Origin: Cyanobium sp.
Lineage (GTDB): Bacteria > Cyanobacteriota > Cyanobacteriia > PCC-6307 > Cyanobiaceae
Direction: 5' to 3'
Assembly: GCA_044351065.1 (NCBI GenBank)
Contig: JBILGK010000017.1
Span: forward strand, 3,003-67,002
DNA length: 64,000 nucleotides
Shown piece by piece: positions 1 through 11,282 of the stretch (position 1 is the first letter of the stretch; each line of letters begins with the position of its first letter). A program made the translations under genes and the position numbers. Below the pieces are notes generated by a model. It saw only the letters and a program-made list of their open reading frames with translations, searched no databases and was not told the DNA's origin.

Positions 1-95
1 TCGAACCAGGCGTCGATTCCCTGCTCGCGTAGATATCGGGCCAGCGCCTCAACGGCGGGCTTGTCGCGGGAGGAATGGCTGAGGAAGACCCGCAT
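1..95 (-). CDS. TIR-like domain protein, N-terminal fragment (continues beyond left edge)
   Basis: Reverse complement of 1..98 reads (V)MRVFLSHSSRDKPAVEALARYLREQGIDAWF. This matches the usual opening of bacterial TIR_2-type domains (vF[IL]S[HY]s..D ... l...L...Gi.vw.D). ATG at 95 (GTG at 98), 19 nt downstream of the gap2 stop on the same strand. Only 31 codons are visible. Confidence 0.4.
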   Translation of the reverse strand, partial: MRVFLSHSSRDKPAVEALARYLREQGIDAWF

Positions 96-114
96 CACCC
101 CCCGAGCCCCGACC

Positions 115-1137
115 TCATTTCCAGTTTTTCGCCACGATCTCCGCCAGATCCACCACCCGCTGGCTGTAGCCCCATTCGTTGTCGTACCAGCAGACGATCT
201 TCAGCATGTTGCCGCCCATCACCAGGGTGAGATCGGCATCCACGATCGTGCTCTCATCGGTGCCGGCGTGGTCGCTCGACACCAGGGGAAGATCGCAGTA
301 CTTGATGATGCCCTTCATGCCGTTCTCGGACGCGGCCTTCAGGGCGGCGTTCACCTCCTCGGCACTGGTGTCGCGGCCCGTTTCGAACACCATGTCGCAC
401 ACCGACACGTTGGGGGTGGGCACGCGCAGGGCGATGCCGCTCAACTTGCCCTTCACCGGCGGATACACCAGGGCCACCGCCTTGGCGGCGCCGGTGCTGG
501 TGGGCACAATATTGACAGCGGCGGCGCGGGCGCGGCGCAGGTCGCGGTGGGCGGCATCGAGGATGCGCTGATCCCCCGTGTAGCTGTGGGTGGTGGTCAT
601 CGTGCCCTTGACGATGCCGAAGGTCTGGTCGATCACCTTCACGATCGGCGCCATGCAGTTGGTGGTGCAGCTGGCATTGCTGAGGATGTCCCACTCCTCG
701 TGGCGGTATTCGTCGGCGTTCACGCCCACCACGAAGGTGCCCACCTTGGCACCCTTGCCGGGGGCGGTGAGGATCACCTTCTTGGCGCCGGCCTCGAAGT
801 GCTTGCTGGCGCCCACGTCGTCGTTGAACACGCCGGTGGACTCGATCACCAGATCCACGCCCCACTCCTTCCAGGGCAGGTTGGCCGGGTTGCGGTCGTA
901 GAAGGTCTTGATCGTTTTGCCGTTGATGACGATCGTGTCCTCGGTGATGCTCACCTCCGCATTGCGCAGAGGGCCGAGCATCGAGTCGTACTTGAGCAGG
1001 TGGGCGTTGGTGTTGGTGTCGCCCGAGCCGTTGATGCCCACCACCTCGATGCCGGTGTTGGCGCCGCGGCTGAGCCAGCAGCGCATGAAGTTGCGACCGA
1101 TGCGGCCGAATCCGTTGATCGCAACGCGGAGGGTCAT
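115..1137 (-). CDS. gap2: glyceraldehyde-3-phosphate dehydrogenase
   Basis: 340-aa ORF starting [17 protein letters not shown], with the catalytic SNASCTTNC motif. Full-length GAPDH. The gap2 paralogue assignment rests only on remembered synteny with murC. Confidence 0.93.
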   Translation of the reverse strand: MTLRVAINGFGRIGRNFMRCWLSRGANTGIEVVGINGSGDTNTNAHLLKYDSMLGPLRNAEVSITEDTIVINGKTIKTFYDRNPANLPWKEWGVDLVIESTGVFNDDVGASKHFEAGAKKVILTAPGKGAKVGTFVVGVNADEYRHEEWDILSNASCTTNCMAPIVKVIDQTFGIVKGTMTTTHSYTGDQRILDAAHRDLRRARAAAVNIVPTSTGAAKAVALVYPPVKGKLSGIALRVPTPNVSVCDMVFETGRDTSAEEVNAALKAASENGMKGIIKYCDLPLVSSDHAGTDESTIVDADLTLVMGGNMLKIVCWYDNEWGYSQRVVDLAEIVAKNWK

Positions 1138-1363
1138 GGCGTCAAGCGGCGGAACCCGCTAGCAAGGGTCTTTTCGGCTGCCGATCATACAGAAATCATT
1201 GCGCCGGCCTTTCGGCGACAGGGGCGCCCACTCCGCCTGCTGGGGGCCGATCGCGGCGAACTGGCGGGGCGAGCCGGTACCGACGCTTCGGGCGCTTCGA
1301 CGCAACTCGTAAAGCAAGGCGGGGCCTCTTCGGACCTATCTTCAGCACGTTCCGGAGGCGCCC

Positions 1364-2803
1364 TTGACCCTGACGCTCGATCGCCAGCAACCCCTCCATT
1401 TCATCGGCGTCGGCGGCATCGGCATGTCCGCCCTGGCCGGCATCCTGGCGGCGCGCGGCTTTGTGGTGAGCGGCTCCGACCCACGCAGCACCGCCGTGGT
1501 GGAGGGGCTGCGGCGCCAGGGAGTGCACGTGTTTCCCCGCCAGGAGGCCGCCACCATCGCGGCCCTCTGCGACGCCACCGGCGCCCCCCCGGCGCTGGTG
1601 GTGATCAGCTCCGCCGTGCCGGAGAGCAACGCCGAGCTGGCGGAGGCCCGCCGCCGCGGGCTCGCCGTGGTGCACCGCTCCGACATCCTGGCGGCGCTGA
1701 TCAACGGCCAACCTTCGATCGCGGTGGCCGGCAGCCACGGAAAGACCACCACCAGCACGTTGGTGGCCACCTTGCTGGAAGCCACCCGCCAGGACCCCAC
1801 CGCCGTGATCGGGGGCGTGGTGCCCGCCTTCGGCAGCAACGGCCGCCACGGAGAGGGGCGGCTGCTGGTGGCGGAGGCGGACGAATCCGACGGCTCCCTG
1901 GTGAAGTTCGCCGCTCGCCTCGGCGTGCTCACCAACATCGAACTCGACCACACCGATCACTACCCCGACCTGCAGGCCCTGATCGATACCCTCCAGCGCT
2001 TCGCCGCCGGCAGCGAGCGGCTGCTGGCGAACCGCGACTGCCCGATCCTGCGTGCGCATTTCCAGGCCGACAGCTGGTGGTCGATCGAGACGGCTGAGGG
2101 GGTGAGCTTTGCCGCCCTGGCCCGCGAGGAGCGGGGCGACGGCACCCTGGCCGACTTCTACGAAAACGGCGCCAGGGTGGGCAGCGTCGAGCTTCCCCTG
2201 CCCGGCCGCCACAACCTCAGCAATGCCACCGCCGCGATCGCCGCCTGTCGGCTGGAAGGGGTGCCCTTCGCCGACCTGCAGGCGGCGGTTGCCGGCCTGC
2301 GGCCCCCGGGCCGTCGCTTCGACTGCCGTGGCGTCTGGCGGGAGCGGGTGATCGTCGACGACTACGCCCACCATCCCAGCGAGGTGGCCGCCACCCTCGC
2401 CACGGCCCGGCTGATGGTGGAGAGCGGCCGCAGCCCCCTGCCGATGCCCCCCAGGCGCCTCCTGGCGGTGTTCCAACCCCATCGCTACAGCCGCACCGCC
2501 CAGTTCCTGGAGGAATTTGCCGCCGCCCTGGCCCAGGCCGATGCGGTGTTGGTCGCCCCCCTCTATGCCGCAGGGGAAAGCCCGATCCCCGGCATCTCCA
2601 GCGCCTCCCTGGCGGCAGCGGTGCACCGTCACGCACCCCAGCTGGCGGTCCAGTCGGCCGAGAGCCTCGATCAGCTGGTGGAGCAGCTGGCATCCGCCAG
2701 TCGCATGGGGGATCTTGTGCTGGCGATGGGAGCGGGCGATGTCAACAGCCTCTGGGATCGGCTCGGCCGCCTCGGGGACGAACCGCCCGTGCTGGCCGCC
2801 TGA
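1364..2803 (+). CDS. murC: UDP-N-acetylmuramate--L-alanine ligase
   Basis: 479-aa ORF with [14 protein letters not shown], the Mur ligase P-loop [10 protein letters not shown] and [12 protein letters not shown] start in the ORF track. Confidence 0.92.
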   Translation: MTLTLDRQQPLHFIGVGGIGMSALAGILAARGFVVSGSDPRSTAVVEGLRRQGVHVFPRQEAATIAALCDATGAPPALVVISSAVPESNAELAEARRRGLAVVHRSDILAALINGQPSIAVAGSHGKTTTSTLVATLLEATRQDPTAVIGGVVPAFGSNGRHGEGRLLVAEADESDGSLVKFAARLGVLTNIELDHTDHYPDLQALIDTLQRFAAGSERLLANRDCPILRAHFQADSWWSIETAEGVSFAALAREERGDGTLADFYENGARVGSVELPLPGRHNLSNATAAIAACRLEGVPFADLQAAVAGLRPPGRRFDCRGVWRERVIVDDYAHHPSEVAATLATARLMVESGRSPLPMPPRRLLAVFQPHRYSRTAQFLEEFAAALAQADAVLVAPLYAAGESPIPGISSASLAAAVHRHAPQLAVQSAESLDQLVEQLASASRMGDLVLAMGAGDVNSLWDRLGRLGDEPPVLAA

Positions 2804-2804
2804 G

Positions 2805-3713
2805 ATGGCCGCCGCGGCCCCTCCCGCCGGCCTGCGTCGCTCGGTTGCCCTGAGCGAATTCACCACCTGGAAGGTGGGCGGGCCTGCCGAATGGTTTGCC
2901 GAACCGGGCAGCCGCGAGGAACTGATCGCCCTGGCCGCCTGGGCCGCGCAACAGGGGATGCCCCACCGCTGCATCGGCGCCGGCTCCAACCTCCTGATCG
3001 CCGACAGCGGACTCCCGGGCCTCACTCTCTGCAACCGCCGCCTTCAAGGCAGCCGGCTCGACCCCGCCACGGGTCTGGTGGAGGCCGAGGCCGGCGAGCC
3101 GATCCCCAGCCTGGCCCGCAAGGCGGCCCGCCTCGGTCTGGCGGGTCTGGAGTGGGCGGTGGGCATCCCCGGCACCGTCGGCGGGGCGGTGGTGATGAAC
3201 GCCGGCGCCCAGGGCGGTTGCCTGGCTGAACACTTTGTCTCCGCCGCATTGATCGATCCCGCCCGGCCCGAGGAGACGTTCTGCCTCGCCCTGGAGACCC
3301 TCGACTTCGCCTATCGCCACAGCCGCCTGCAGCAGGAACCGCTGCTGGTGCTTGCGGCCCGCTTCCAGCTGCAGCCCGGCCAGGATCCGGCGGCGGTGAG
3401 CGCCCGCACCAGCGCCAACCTGCACAGCCGCACCAGCAGCCAGCCCTACCAGCAACCCAGCTGCGGCAGCGTGTTCCGCAACCCCGAGCCAGAAAAGGCC
3501 GGGCGGCTGATCGAGGCCCTCGGCCTCAAGGGTCTGCGCGTCGGCGGGGCCCTGGTGTCGCCCATGCACGCCAATTTCATCGTCAACACCGGCAACGCCA
3601 CCGCCTCCGACATCGACACCCTGATCCAGCTGGTGCAGGCACGGGTGCTGCAGGAGCGCGGCATCGCCCTGCATCCGGAGGTGAAACGCCTGGGCTTCCG
3701 AGAGTTCCCCTGA
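2805..3713 (+). CDS. murB: UDP-N-acetylenolpyruvoylglucosamine reductase
   Basis: ATG at 2805 lies 1 nt after the murC stop, in the frame of ORF 2517..3713. Product starts [31 protein letters not shown] and contains GAGSNLL and SCGSVFRNP, typical MurB motifs. Confidence 0.88.
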   Translation: MAAAAPPAGLRRSVALSEFTTWKVGGPAEWFAEPGSREELIALAAWAAQQGMPHRCIGAGSNLLIADSGLPGLTLCNRRLQGSRLDPATGLVEAEAGEPIPSLARKAARLGLAGLEWAVGIPGTVGGAVVMNAGAQGGCLAEHFVSAALIDPARPEETFCLALETLDFAYRHSRLQQEPLLVLAARFQLQPGQDPAAVSARTSANLHSRTSSQPYQQPSCGSVFRNPEPEKAGRLIEALGLKGLRVGGALVSPMHANFIVNTGNATASDIDTLIQLVQARVLQERGIALHPEVKRLGFREFP

Positions 3714-3745
3714 TACGTTCGCTTCCAGTACCCCTTCCGCGCAGC

Positions 3746-4087
3746 ATGGCTGGCTTCGGTCTTCCCAATTTCGGTGACATTGCCGGTGCTTTCCGCAAGG
3801 CGCAGCAGATCCAGCAGGACGCCCAGAAGCTTCAGGAGGAGCTCGACGGCATGGAACTGGAGGGCAAGAGCGGCGATGGCCGGGTGAGCGTATGGATGAC
3901 CGGCAACCAGCAACCTCTGCGCGTGCGCATCGCCCCCGAACTGATGACGGAGTCCGCCGAGGCGGCTGAGGCAGTGGTGATGGAAGCCCTGGCGAACGCC
4001 TACGAGGTCTCGACCGGCACGATGCGGGAACGGATGGAAACCCTCACCGGCAACCTGGATCTCAACCTGCCTGGGATGGGGGGCTGA
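3746..4087 (+). CDS. ybaB: YbaB/EbfC family nucleoid-associated protein
   Basis: 113 aa with [26 protein letters not shown] and [24 protein letters not shown], the characteristic YbaB pattern. Confidence 0.82.
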   Translation: MAGFGLPNFGDIAGAFRKAQQIQQDAQKLQEELDGMELEGKSGDGRVSVWMTGNQQPLRVRIAPELMTESAEAAEAVVMEALANAYEVSTGTMRERMETLTGNLDLNLPGMGG

Positions 4088-5087
4088 GGTCTCCGTCCGC
4101 CTCCTCCGCCAGCCGCTGACGCCCCGTCCGGCGCGAGGGGCGACGCCACTGCGGCGCCAGCCGCGGCTCCCAACGCCCGCCCCGCTCCCGCAGGCCGGCT
4201 GCGGCCGGCTCCGGGCGCGATCCGGTGCGCTCCTTCTGGCGGGCCTCCAGCTCCGCCAGGCACTGCCCGTAGATCTCCTGGCGGTCCCAACCCGCCGCCA
4301 TGGCGCAGCCCGCATCCCCCTGGTGGCGGCAGTTGCGGAACTGACAGGGCTCCAGGGCCAGGCGGCTGCGCAGCTCGGGGAACAGGGCGGCCAGGGCGGA
4401 GGGATCCTCCGGCAATTCGGGACGGTTGAAGCCCGGGGAATCGGCCACCAGCCCTGCCCCAAGGGCGAACAACTCCACATGACGGGTGGTGTGGCGGCCC
4501 CGCTGCAGGCGGCCCGAAACCGCGCCGGTGCGCAGCGTCAGCTCCGGGCGCAACGCGTTCAGCAAGCTGCTCTTGCCCACCCCCGAGGGGCCGCTCAACA
4601 CCACCAGACCGGGGCGTGCCAACACCGAGCGCAGCGCCTCCACCCCCGCGCCGCCGTGCAGCGAGACGGGATGGACCGCGTAGCCCCAGCCGCGCACCCG
4701 GGCGCACCATGCCTCCACTTCAGCGGGGGGAGCGAGGTCGGTTTTGGCAAGAACCAGCTCGACTTCCCGGCCGGTGGCCTCCGCGGCGAGGAGGAAGCGG
4801 GTGAGCTGCAGGGGATCGAGGGCGGGCTGGCGCACGGAGACCACCACCACCACGCGGCTGACATTGGCCACCGCCGGGCGCGGCAGCAGGCTCGTGCGCG
4901 GTTCGACGGCGGTCACCGCCCCCCGGCCGGCCCGCCAGTCGATGCCCTCCACCCGCACCCGGTCGCCCACGCAGATCTGCTGACCGCTTTTGCCCAGCCG
5001 CGTCCGGCGCGTGCACAACAGGCTCTGGGTTTCCTCGGGGCCGGCCTGATCCAATCCCACCAGGCAGAAGTTGGCCTGCAGTGCCAT
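4062..5087 (-). CDS. rsgA: ribosome small-subunit-dependent GTPase A
   Basis: Within ORF 4062..5243. Start taken at [13 protein letters not shown] (CAT at 5085-5087). Contains an OB-fold region, circularly permuted GTPase motifs LAKTDL and [15 protein letters not shown], and a C-terminal Cys cluster [14 protein letters not shown]. Confidence 0.85.
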   Translation of the reverse strand: MALQANFCLVGLDQAGPEETQSLLCTRRTRLGKSGQQICVGDRVRVEGIDWRAGRGAVTAVEPRTSLLPRPAVANVSRVVVVVSVRQPALDPLQLTRFLLAAEATGREVELVLAKTDLAPPAEVEAWCARVRGWGYAVHPVSLHGGAGVEALRSVLARPGLVVLSGPSGVGKSSLLNALRPELTLRTGAVSGRLQRGRHTTRHVELFALGAGLVADSPGFNRPELPEDPSALAALFPELRSRLALEPCQFRNCRHQGDAGCAMAAGWDRQEIYGQCLAELEARQKERTGSRPEPAAAGLRERGGRWEPRLAPQWRRPSRRTGRQRLAEEADGDLSPPSQAG

Positions 5088-5106
5088 GACCCGGCCAGTG
5101 CATCGT

Positions 5107-5358
5107 TCAGCCACGGCGGATGCGCAAGCGAACGCCCCCGTCGGGCAGGTCGATGCCCTCCACGCTGTGGCCGTCCGCGCGCACCCCTTCCCCCACCATC
5201 CGCTCGGGCTCGCCAGCATCGAGATCCACCTGCAGAAGGGCACCCCGCGGAATCTTCTCGAGGGCCAGGCGGGTGCGAACGAAATTGAGCGGGCAGGGGG
5301 TGCCGCGCAGGTCGAGGCTGGCGGCGGGAACGGGATCGGGGCGGGGGATGCCGCTCAC
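5107..5358 (-). CDS. TusA/SirA-like sulfurtransferase family small protein
   Basis: 83 aa. [22 protein letters not shown] resembles the CPxP active-site region of TusA/SirA. GTG start overlaps the dnaJ stop (GTGA). Confidence 0.65.
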   Translation of the reverse strand: MSGIPRPDPVPAASLDLRGTPCPLNFVRTRLALEKIPRGALLQVDLDAGEPERMVGEGVRADGHSVEGIDLPDGGVRLRIRRG

Positions 5359-6482
5359 CCCCCGCCACCGAACAAGCCACCGAACAGCCCGCTCTTGTGG
5401 GGATGGGCCTTGCCCTTGCGGCTGTGGTGGCCCGCCAGCTGCTCCAGCAGCTCGCGCTCCTCACCGCTCAGCTTGGTGGGCAGCTGAACGTTGACGCTGA
5501 CCTGGTGGTTGCCCCGGGCCACCGGGTTGCCCAGGCGCGGCACACCCTTGTTGCGCAGGGTGAGCACCGCGCCGGGCTGGGTGCCGGCAGGGATCGGCAG
5601 CGACTCCGGTCCATCGACGGTCTCCACCTCGATCGTGTCGCCCAGGATGGCCTGCAGATAGTTGAGATTGACTTCCGAGAGGATCGTCTGGCCCTCGCGC
5701 CGCAGGCTGGGATGGGGCCGCACGGCGAGGAAGACGTAGAGATCACCCGGCTGGCCGCCCCGCAGTCCGGCGTTCCCCTCCCCGGCGATCCGAAGGCGGG
5801 TGCCACTGTCGACGCCGGCCGGGATGTTGATGCGCAGGGTCTTGGAAACCTGCTGCAGGCCCTGGCCGGAGCAGGCGGAGCAGGGATCGGCGATCACCTG
5901 GCCGCTGCCCTCGCAGCTGGGGCAGGGGGTCACCTGGGTGAAGCTGCCGAAGGGGGTGCGGGTGGCCCGGCGCACCTGCCCGGCGCCGCCGCAGGTGCCG
6001 CAACTGGTGGGCCCGCTGCCGGCCTTGGCGCCGGAGCCGTTGCAGGTGCCACACGTTTCAAGGTGGCGGATCTGCACCTCCTTCTCGATGCCGAACACCG
6101 CCTCGCGGAACTCGATCGAGAGGTCGAGGCGCAGGTCATCCCCCTGCCGCGGTCCACTGCGGCGGCGCCCCGCCGAAGCCCCCGCCCCGCCGAAGCCGCT
6201 GAAGAAGGTCTCGAACAGGTCGGCGAAGCCGCCCATGTCCCCCATGTCGGGCGTGCCGGCCGCACCGCCGAGCCCCGCCTCGCCGAACTGGTCGTAGCGG
6301 GAACGGGTTTGGGGATCGCTGAGCACCTCGTAGGCCCGCCCGATCTCCTTGAAACGATCCTCGGCACCCGCTTCCTTGTTCACATCCGGGTGGTACTGAC
6401 GCGCCAGCCGCCGGTAGGCCCGCTTCAAGGCGTCGGCGTCGGCATCACGGGCGACCCCGAGCAACTCGTAGTAATCGGCCAT
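5355..6482 (-). CDS. dnaJ: molecular chaperone DnaJ
   Basis: 375 aa with J-domain YYELLGV...HPD, a G/F region and four CxxCxGxG zinc-finger repeats. Confidence 0.95.
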   Translation of the reverse strand: MADYYELLGVARDADADALKRAYRRLARQYHPDVNKEAGAEDRFKEIGRAYEVLSDPQTRSRYDQFGEAGLGGAAGTPDMGDMGGFADLFETFFSGFGGAGASAGRRRSGPRQGDDLRLDLSIEFREAVFGIEKEVQIRHLETCGTCNGSGAKAGSGPTSCGTCGGAGQVRRATRTPFGSFTQVTPCPSCEGSGQVIADPCSACSGQGLQQVSKTLRINIPAGVDSGTRLRIAGEGNAGLRGGQPGDLYVFLAVRPHPSLRREGQTILSEVNLNYLQAILGDTIEVETVDGPESLPIPAGTQPGAVLTLRNKGVPRLGNPVARGNHQVSVNVQLPTKLSGEERELLEQLAGHHSRKGKAHPHKSGLFGGLFGGGG

Positions 6483-7192
6483 CAGCCGTTCTGCTCCCCA
6501 GCGGGAGCTTCCTCACCCGATCGGGATCCGCCGGCGGCAGGGCCTGGACCCATCGAGACCTTCACCAGAGCGTGGCGCAGCACGCGACCGTTGAGGTGGT
6601 AGCCCCGTTGCAGCTCGCCGATGACCATGTCCTCCGGATGCTCCTCGCTGGGCTCGCGCAGCACCGCCTCGTGCAGGTTGGGGTCGAAGGGCTCCCCCTC
6701 CACCCGCATCGAGGCGACACCCAGCTGCTTGAGCACGTCGACCAGCTGGCGATAGAGAGCCAGATAGCTGCCATGCAGGGCCTGAGCCTCTTCATGCTGG
6801 GGGTTGAGCTGCTGGCGCGCCCGCTCGAAGTTGTCGACCACCGGGAGGATCTCGGCCACGGTGGAACAGGTGATCTGCAGCTTCAGGTCCTCCTGGTCGC
6901 GGCTCTGGCGCTTGCGGTAGTTGTCGAAATCAGCCGCAATGCGCATGTACTGACCTCGCAGGCTCTCGTGCTCGCTCTGTAGGGAGGCGAACTCCCTCTC
7001 CAGCTGCCGCAGTCGCTCCTCGCCGGAAGGGGACTCCCGGGAAGCAACGGACTCCTGGCTCGGATCGGGCTCAGCGGCGACGGCCGGGCTGGGATCCCCG
7101 GCAGCGGGACCGCTGCCTTCCTCCGGGGAAGGGGCCTCCCCAACCCGGGGATCGGAGGGGAACTCTGGAGCCGTGCTGCTTTCGCCGCTCAT
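6482..7192 (-). CDS. grpE: nucleotide exchange factor GrpE
   Basis: C-terminal part of ORF 6482..7507. Start taken at [10 protein letters not shown] (CAT 7190-7192). [14 protein letters not shown] and the GrpE C-terminal beta domain are present. The stop shares 1 nt with the dnaJ start. Confidence 0.88.
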   Translation of the reverse strand: MSGESSTAPEFPSDPRVGEAPSPEEGSGPAAGDPSPAVAAEPDPSQESVASRESPSGEERLRQLEREFASLQSEHESLRGQYMRIAADFDNYRKRQSRDQEDLKLQITCSTVAEILPVVDNFERARQQLNPQHEEAQALHGSYLALYRQLVDVLKQLGVASMRVEGEPFDPNLHEAVLREPSEEHPEDMVIGELQRGYHLNGRVLRHALVKVSMGPGPAAGGSRSGEEAPAGEQNG

Positions 7193-7407
7193 GCTGCTGC
7201 CCGTGGCGCGGATCAATGCTGAATATGTTGAATGGCTGGGCCTCCCTCTCACAAGGAGCGGAAGCCCGCACCTCCCGGCAGGAAGGGGAATGCAAATGTT
7301 CCAGATCAGCCCTTCGCCCAGCCAACCGTTCTCCTGCGACCCATACTGAATCCCCCCTTCCACCCCTTCCCGGCATTCCCGGGTGTCCTCAAGAAGCCCC
7401 ACCGGCG

Positions 7408-8859
7408 ATGAACTCCGACACCGCAAGCCAGGGGAGCGCAGCTGGCCGCCAAGGCGCCTCCCTGTTCGGCGATCTTGAGCTCGGCCAGGTGGGCGTGGGG
7501 CTGGCAAAACCCGAGGTCGACGCCGAAGATCTCGAGGCCAGCCAGGGGGGGAACCTCTCCCCGGTGATGAGCCTGGTGGATCGGATCCTGATCGAGGCCC
7601 TCAGCCACTCCGCCAGCGACATCCATGTCGAACCCCAGGAGGACGGCCTGCTGATCCGTTTCCGGCAGGACGGCGTATTGCGCAATGTCGAAAAACTGCC
7701 CAGAGCGCTCACGCCCGCCATCACCTCGCGCTTCAAGATCATGGCCGACCTGGACATCTCGGAGCGGCGAATGCCCCAGGACGGCCGGATCCGCCGCAAC
7801 TTCCGCGGCCGCACCACAGACTTTCGGGTCAGCACCCTGCCCTGCCGCCACGGCGAGAAGGTGGTGCTGCGGCTGCTGGACAGCGGCGCCACCGAGCTCG
7901 GTCTCGACAGTCTGATCACCGACCCCTTGGCACGGGCCGCACTGCGGGATCTGGGGGCCAAGCCGTTCGGGATGATTCTGGTGACCGGCCCCACCGGATC
8001 CGGCAAGTCGACCACCCTCTACGCCCTGCTCTCGGAGCGCAACGACCCGGGCATCAACATCTCCACGGTGGAGGACCCGATCGAATACACCCTCAAGGGC
8101 ATCACCCAAACCCAGGTCAACCGTGAAAAGGGGCTCGACTTCGCCACCGCCCTGCGCGCGTTCATGCGGCAGGATCCCGATGTATTGCTGGTGGGCGAGA
8201 CCCGCGACCTGGAGACGGCCCGCACGGCGATTGAGGCGGCCCTGACCGGCCACCTGGTGCTCACCACCCTGCACTGCAACGATGCCGCCAGCGCCTTCGC
8301 CCGCCTTGACGAGATGGGGATGGAGCCATTTCTGGTGAGCGCCTCGCTGCTCGGCGTGATTTCGCAGCGGTTGGTGCGACGCCTCTGTTCGCAATGCCGC
8401 AGCCCCTATCGACCCGATCCCGAGGAACTGGCGCGCTTTGGCCTGGTGGCGAGCGACGAAAGCGAGATCACCTTCTTCAAGGCCACCACGGTGCAGGCCG
8501 GCACCGAGGGCTGCTGTTCGAATTGCCAGGGGCGGGGTTATGCCGGCCGGGTGGGGGTCTTCGAGATTCTGCGCATGAACGAGACCCTCTCCTCCGCCGT
8601 GGCCAAGCGGGGCAGCACGGAGGAACTGCGCCGGCTCGCCCTGGAGGGCGGCATGAAGACCCTGCTGGGATACGGCCTCGACCTCGTGCGCCAGGGTCTG
8701 ACCACCCTGGAGGAGGTGGAGCGGATGCTGCTCACCGACACCGGCCTGGAATCGGAAAGGCGGGCCCGGGCCCTCAGCACCCTGACCTGCCGAGGCTGCG
8801 GCGCTGGCCTGCAGGACGAGTGGCTGGAATGTCCCTACTGTTTGCTTGTGTGCCGCTAA
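7408..8859 (+). CDS. pilB: type IV pilus assembly ATPase, PilB/GspE family (short N-terminus, C-terminal zinc ribbon)
   Basis: ATG at 7408 (MNSDTASQG) inside ORF 7216..8859. Contains Walker [11 protein letters not shown], Asp box, Walker B LLVGETRD, the tetracysteine CSQC...CSNC and His box. No long GSPII_E-type N-terminal domain is visible. An extra C-terminal CRGC-x11-CPYC follows the ATPase core. Confidence 0.8.
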   Translation: MNSDTASQGSAAGRQGASLFGDLELGQVGVGLAKPEVDAEDLEASQGGNLSPVMSLVDRILIEALSHSASDIHVEPQEDGLLIRFRQDGVLRNVEKLPRALTPAITSRFKIMADLDISERRMPQDGRIRRNFRGRTTDFRVSTLPCRHGEKVVLRLLDSGATELGLDSLITDPLARAALRDLGAKPFGMILVTGPTGSGKSTTLYALLSERNDPGINISTVEDPIEYTLKGITQTQVNREKGLDFATALRAFMRQDPDVLLVGETRDLETARTAIEAALTGHLVLTTLHCNDAASAFARLDEMGMEPFLVSASLLGVISQRLVRRLCSQCRSPYRPDPEELARFGLVASDESEITFFKATTVQAGTEGCCSNCQGRGYAGRVGVFEILRMNETLSSAVAKRGSTEELRRLALEGGMKTLLGYGLDLVRQGLTTLEEVERMLLTDTGLESERRARALSTLTCRGCGAGLQDEWLECPYCLLVCR

Positions 8860-8871
8860 CCGCTGATCGCC

Positions 8872-9951
8872 ATGGAGCAACAGCTTCTGATCGAAGACTT
8901 AATGATCGAGCTGGTCAAGAATGGGGGCAGTGACTTACATCTCGCCGCCGGTCAACCGCCCTACGGACGATTCAACGGCAAGCTTCGGCCCGTCGTGGAG
9001 GACGGGGCGCTGAGCGAAGAGGCCTGCAACCGCCTGATCTTCTCGCTGCTGAACAACTCTCAACGCAAGCACTTGGAGCAGAATTGGGACCTCGACTGCT
9101 CCTACGGTCTCAAAGATGTGGCCCGTTTCCGGGTTAACGTCTATCGCCAACGCGGCACCTACGCAGCCTGTTTGCGGGCACTGGGCAATGAAATCCCAGC
9201 GCTCGCCAAACTGGGGATGCCCCCGATCGTGGAGGAGGTGAGCCGCAAGCCGAAAGGGCTTGTGCTGGTCACCGGACCGACAGGTTCCGGCAAAACCACC
9301 ACCCTCGCCTCCTTGCTTGATCACATCAACCACACCCGCTCCGAGCACATTCTCACCATCGAAGACCCGATAGAATTCACGTACAAAAACGACAAATCAT
9401 TGATTCACCAACGCGAAGTCAGCGAGGACACGCGCAGCTTTGCCAACGCTCTGCGCGCCGCCCTGCGGGAAGATCCGGACGTCATTCTTGTGGGGGAGCT
9501 GCGCGACCTGGAAACCATCCAACTGGCGATCACAGCCGCCGAGACGGGCCACCTGGTCTTCGGCACCCTGCACACCAGCTCCGCCTCCCAGACCGTCGAC
9601 CGGATGGTGGATGTCTTCCCCAGCACCCAACAGACCCAGATCCGCGTGCAGCTGAGCACCAGCCTGCTGGCAGTCTTCTCCCAGACCCTCTGCCAGAGCG
9701 CCACCCCCACCGCAGGGCCCCTGGGCCGGGTGATGGCCCAGGAGATCATGGTGAACACCCCTGCCACAGCCAACCTGATCCGAGAGGGCAAAACGGCTCA
9801 GCTCTACTCCCAGATTCAGACGGGGGCAAAACTGGGCATGCAGACCCTGGAAAGATGTCTCGCCAGTTTAGTGAACAATCGTAAAATCACCCGGGAAGAA
9901 GCATTGATGAAAACCGTCCGGCCCGATGAGCTGGAGCGCCTGCTCGTCTAG
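8872..9951 (+). CDS. pilT: type IV pilus twitching motility (retraction) ATPase PilT
   Basis: 359 aa with GGSDLHL, GPTGSGKTTTLA, ILVGELRD, GHLVFGTLHT and AIREGK-like NLIREGK, the hallmark PilT motifs. Confidence 0.9.
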   Translation: MEQQLLIEDLMIELVKNGGSDLHLAAGQPPYGRFNGKLRPVVEDGALSEEACNRLIFSLLNNSQRKHLEQNWDLDCSYGLKDVARFRVNVYRQRGTYAACLRALGNEIPALAKLGMPPIVEEVSRKPKGLVLVTGPTGSGKTTTLASLLDHINHTRSEHILTIEDPIEFTYKNDKSLIHQREVSEDTRSFANALRAALREDPDVILVGELRDLETIQLAITAAETGHLVFGTLHTSSASQTVDRMVDVFPSTQQTQIRVQLSTSLLAVFSQTLCQSATPTAGPLGRVMAQEIMVNTPATANLIREGKTAQLYSQIQTGAKLGMQTLERCLASLVNNRKITREEALMKTVRPDELERLLV

Positions 9952-10031
9952 AGCTCACGCTTCCGGCCACTCCCCAGCCACGGATCCGTTCCCGGGCTTC
10001 AGCCAGCCGAGTCACCCTCAGCCCCGCCACG

Positions 10032-11282
10032 ATGACCGCCTTCCTCGTTACCTACACGACCCGGTCAGGTCGAAAACGGGAAATCACCCTGGAGGCCGAC
10101 AGCCCTGCCATGGCACGACGGCTGCTGCGGCAGCGCGGCATTCTTGGCAACACCTTGGTGCGGCGCCAGGAAGCGGTCGCCCCCCGGGGGGAGAGCAACG
10201 ACAATGCCTCATCGGGATGGCTGCGGGGACTGGGCCTGGAAGCCGGCATCAGCGTCCGGGACAAGGCGCTGTTCGCCAGCAAGCTCTCCGCCTTGATTGA
10301 CGCTGGCGTACCCATCCTGCGCAGCCTCGATCTGATGCGCACCCAGGAACGCTCCAGCAAATTACGGCGCGCCCTCAAGGGCATGGCCCAGAACGTGAAT
10401 CAAGGCGACAGCCTGGGCAATTCCATGCGGGGCTGGCCTGAGGTTTTCGACAATCTCTCGATCGCCATGGTCGATGCGGGTGAGGCGGGCGGTGTGCTCG
10501 ATGAAAGCTTGCAGCAGCTGGCGAAGCTGCTGGAGGATAACGCCAAACTCCAAAATCAGATCCGGGGGGCTCTTGGCTATCCGGTCACCGTGCTCGTGAT
10601 CGCCGTGGCCGTATTTCTGGGGATGACAATCTTCCTGATCCCCGTTTTCGCTGACATCTTCGACCAACTGGGGGCGGAGCTGCCGCTGTTCACCCAGATG
10701 ATGCTGAACCTGAGCAAGCTGCTGCGCTCGGCCTTCTCGCTGATTCTGGTCGGTATCATCATGGTGGGCATCTTCCTGTTAAGCCGCTACTACGCCACCT
10801 CCCCAGGCAGGCGCCAGGTGGACGGGATTCTGCTCAAGCTGCCTCTCTTCGGAGAGCTGCTGCAAAAAAGTGCAACGGCCCAGTTTTGCCGTACCCTCAG
10901 CTCGCTTTCGCGGGCGGGTGTGCCGATCTTGATGTCCCTGGATATCGTGCGAGAAACCACCAACAACAGCATCATCGGTGACGCCATCAATGCCTCCAAA
11001 AACGATGTCAGTGAGGGGATTCCCCTCAGCGCAGCCCTGGCGATGAAAAAAGTCTTCCCGGACATGGCGGTGAGCATGCTGGCCATCGGCGAAGAGACCG
11101 GCGAAATGGATGCCATGCTCTCCAAGGTGGCGGACTTCTATGAAGATGAGGTGGCGGCAATGGTGAAGGTGATGACCTCCATGCTCGAACCGATGATGAT
11201 CGTGATCGTGGGCCTCATCGTAGGTTCTGTGCTGTTGGCCATGTATCTGCCAATGTTCAGCGTGTTTGAGAACATTCGCTGA
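10032..11282 (+). CDS. pilC: type IV pilus platform protein PilC (GspF family)
   Basis: 416 aa with two GspF repeats (FASKLSALIDAGVPILRSL; FCRTLSSLSRAGVPILMSL) and three hydrophobic segments. Confidence 0.9.
   Translation: MTAFLVTYTTRSGRKREITLEADSPAMARRLLRQRGILGNTLVRRQEAVAPRGESNDNASSGWLRGLGLEAGISVRDKALFASKLSALIDAGVPILRSLDLMRTQERSSKLRRALKGMAQNVNQGDSLGNSMRGWPEVFDNLSIAMVDAGEAGGVLDESLQQLAKLLEDNAKLQNQIRGALGYPVTVLVIAVAVFLGMTIFLIPVFADIFDQLGAELPLFTQMMLNLSKLLRSAFSLILVGIIMVGIFLLSRYYATSPGRRQVDGILLKLPLFGELLQKSATAQFCRTLSSLSRAGVPILMSLDIVRETTNNSIIGDAINASKNDVSEGIPLSAALAMKKVFPDMAVSMLAIGEETGEMDAMLSKVADFYEDEVAAMVKVMTSMLEPMMIVIVGLIVGSVLLAMYLPMFSVFENIR

Noticed and set aside
2234-2241. HIP1 palindrome GCGATCGC, also at 13463, 29840, 40039 and 47706
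   Set aside because: I found only about five copies in 64 kb by eye. My rough expectation for this base composition is about two, so enrichment is marginal and all copies are inside genes. It is not a distinct feature here.
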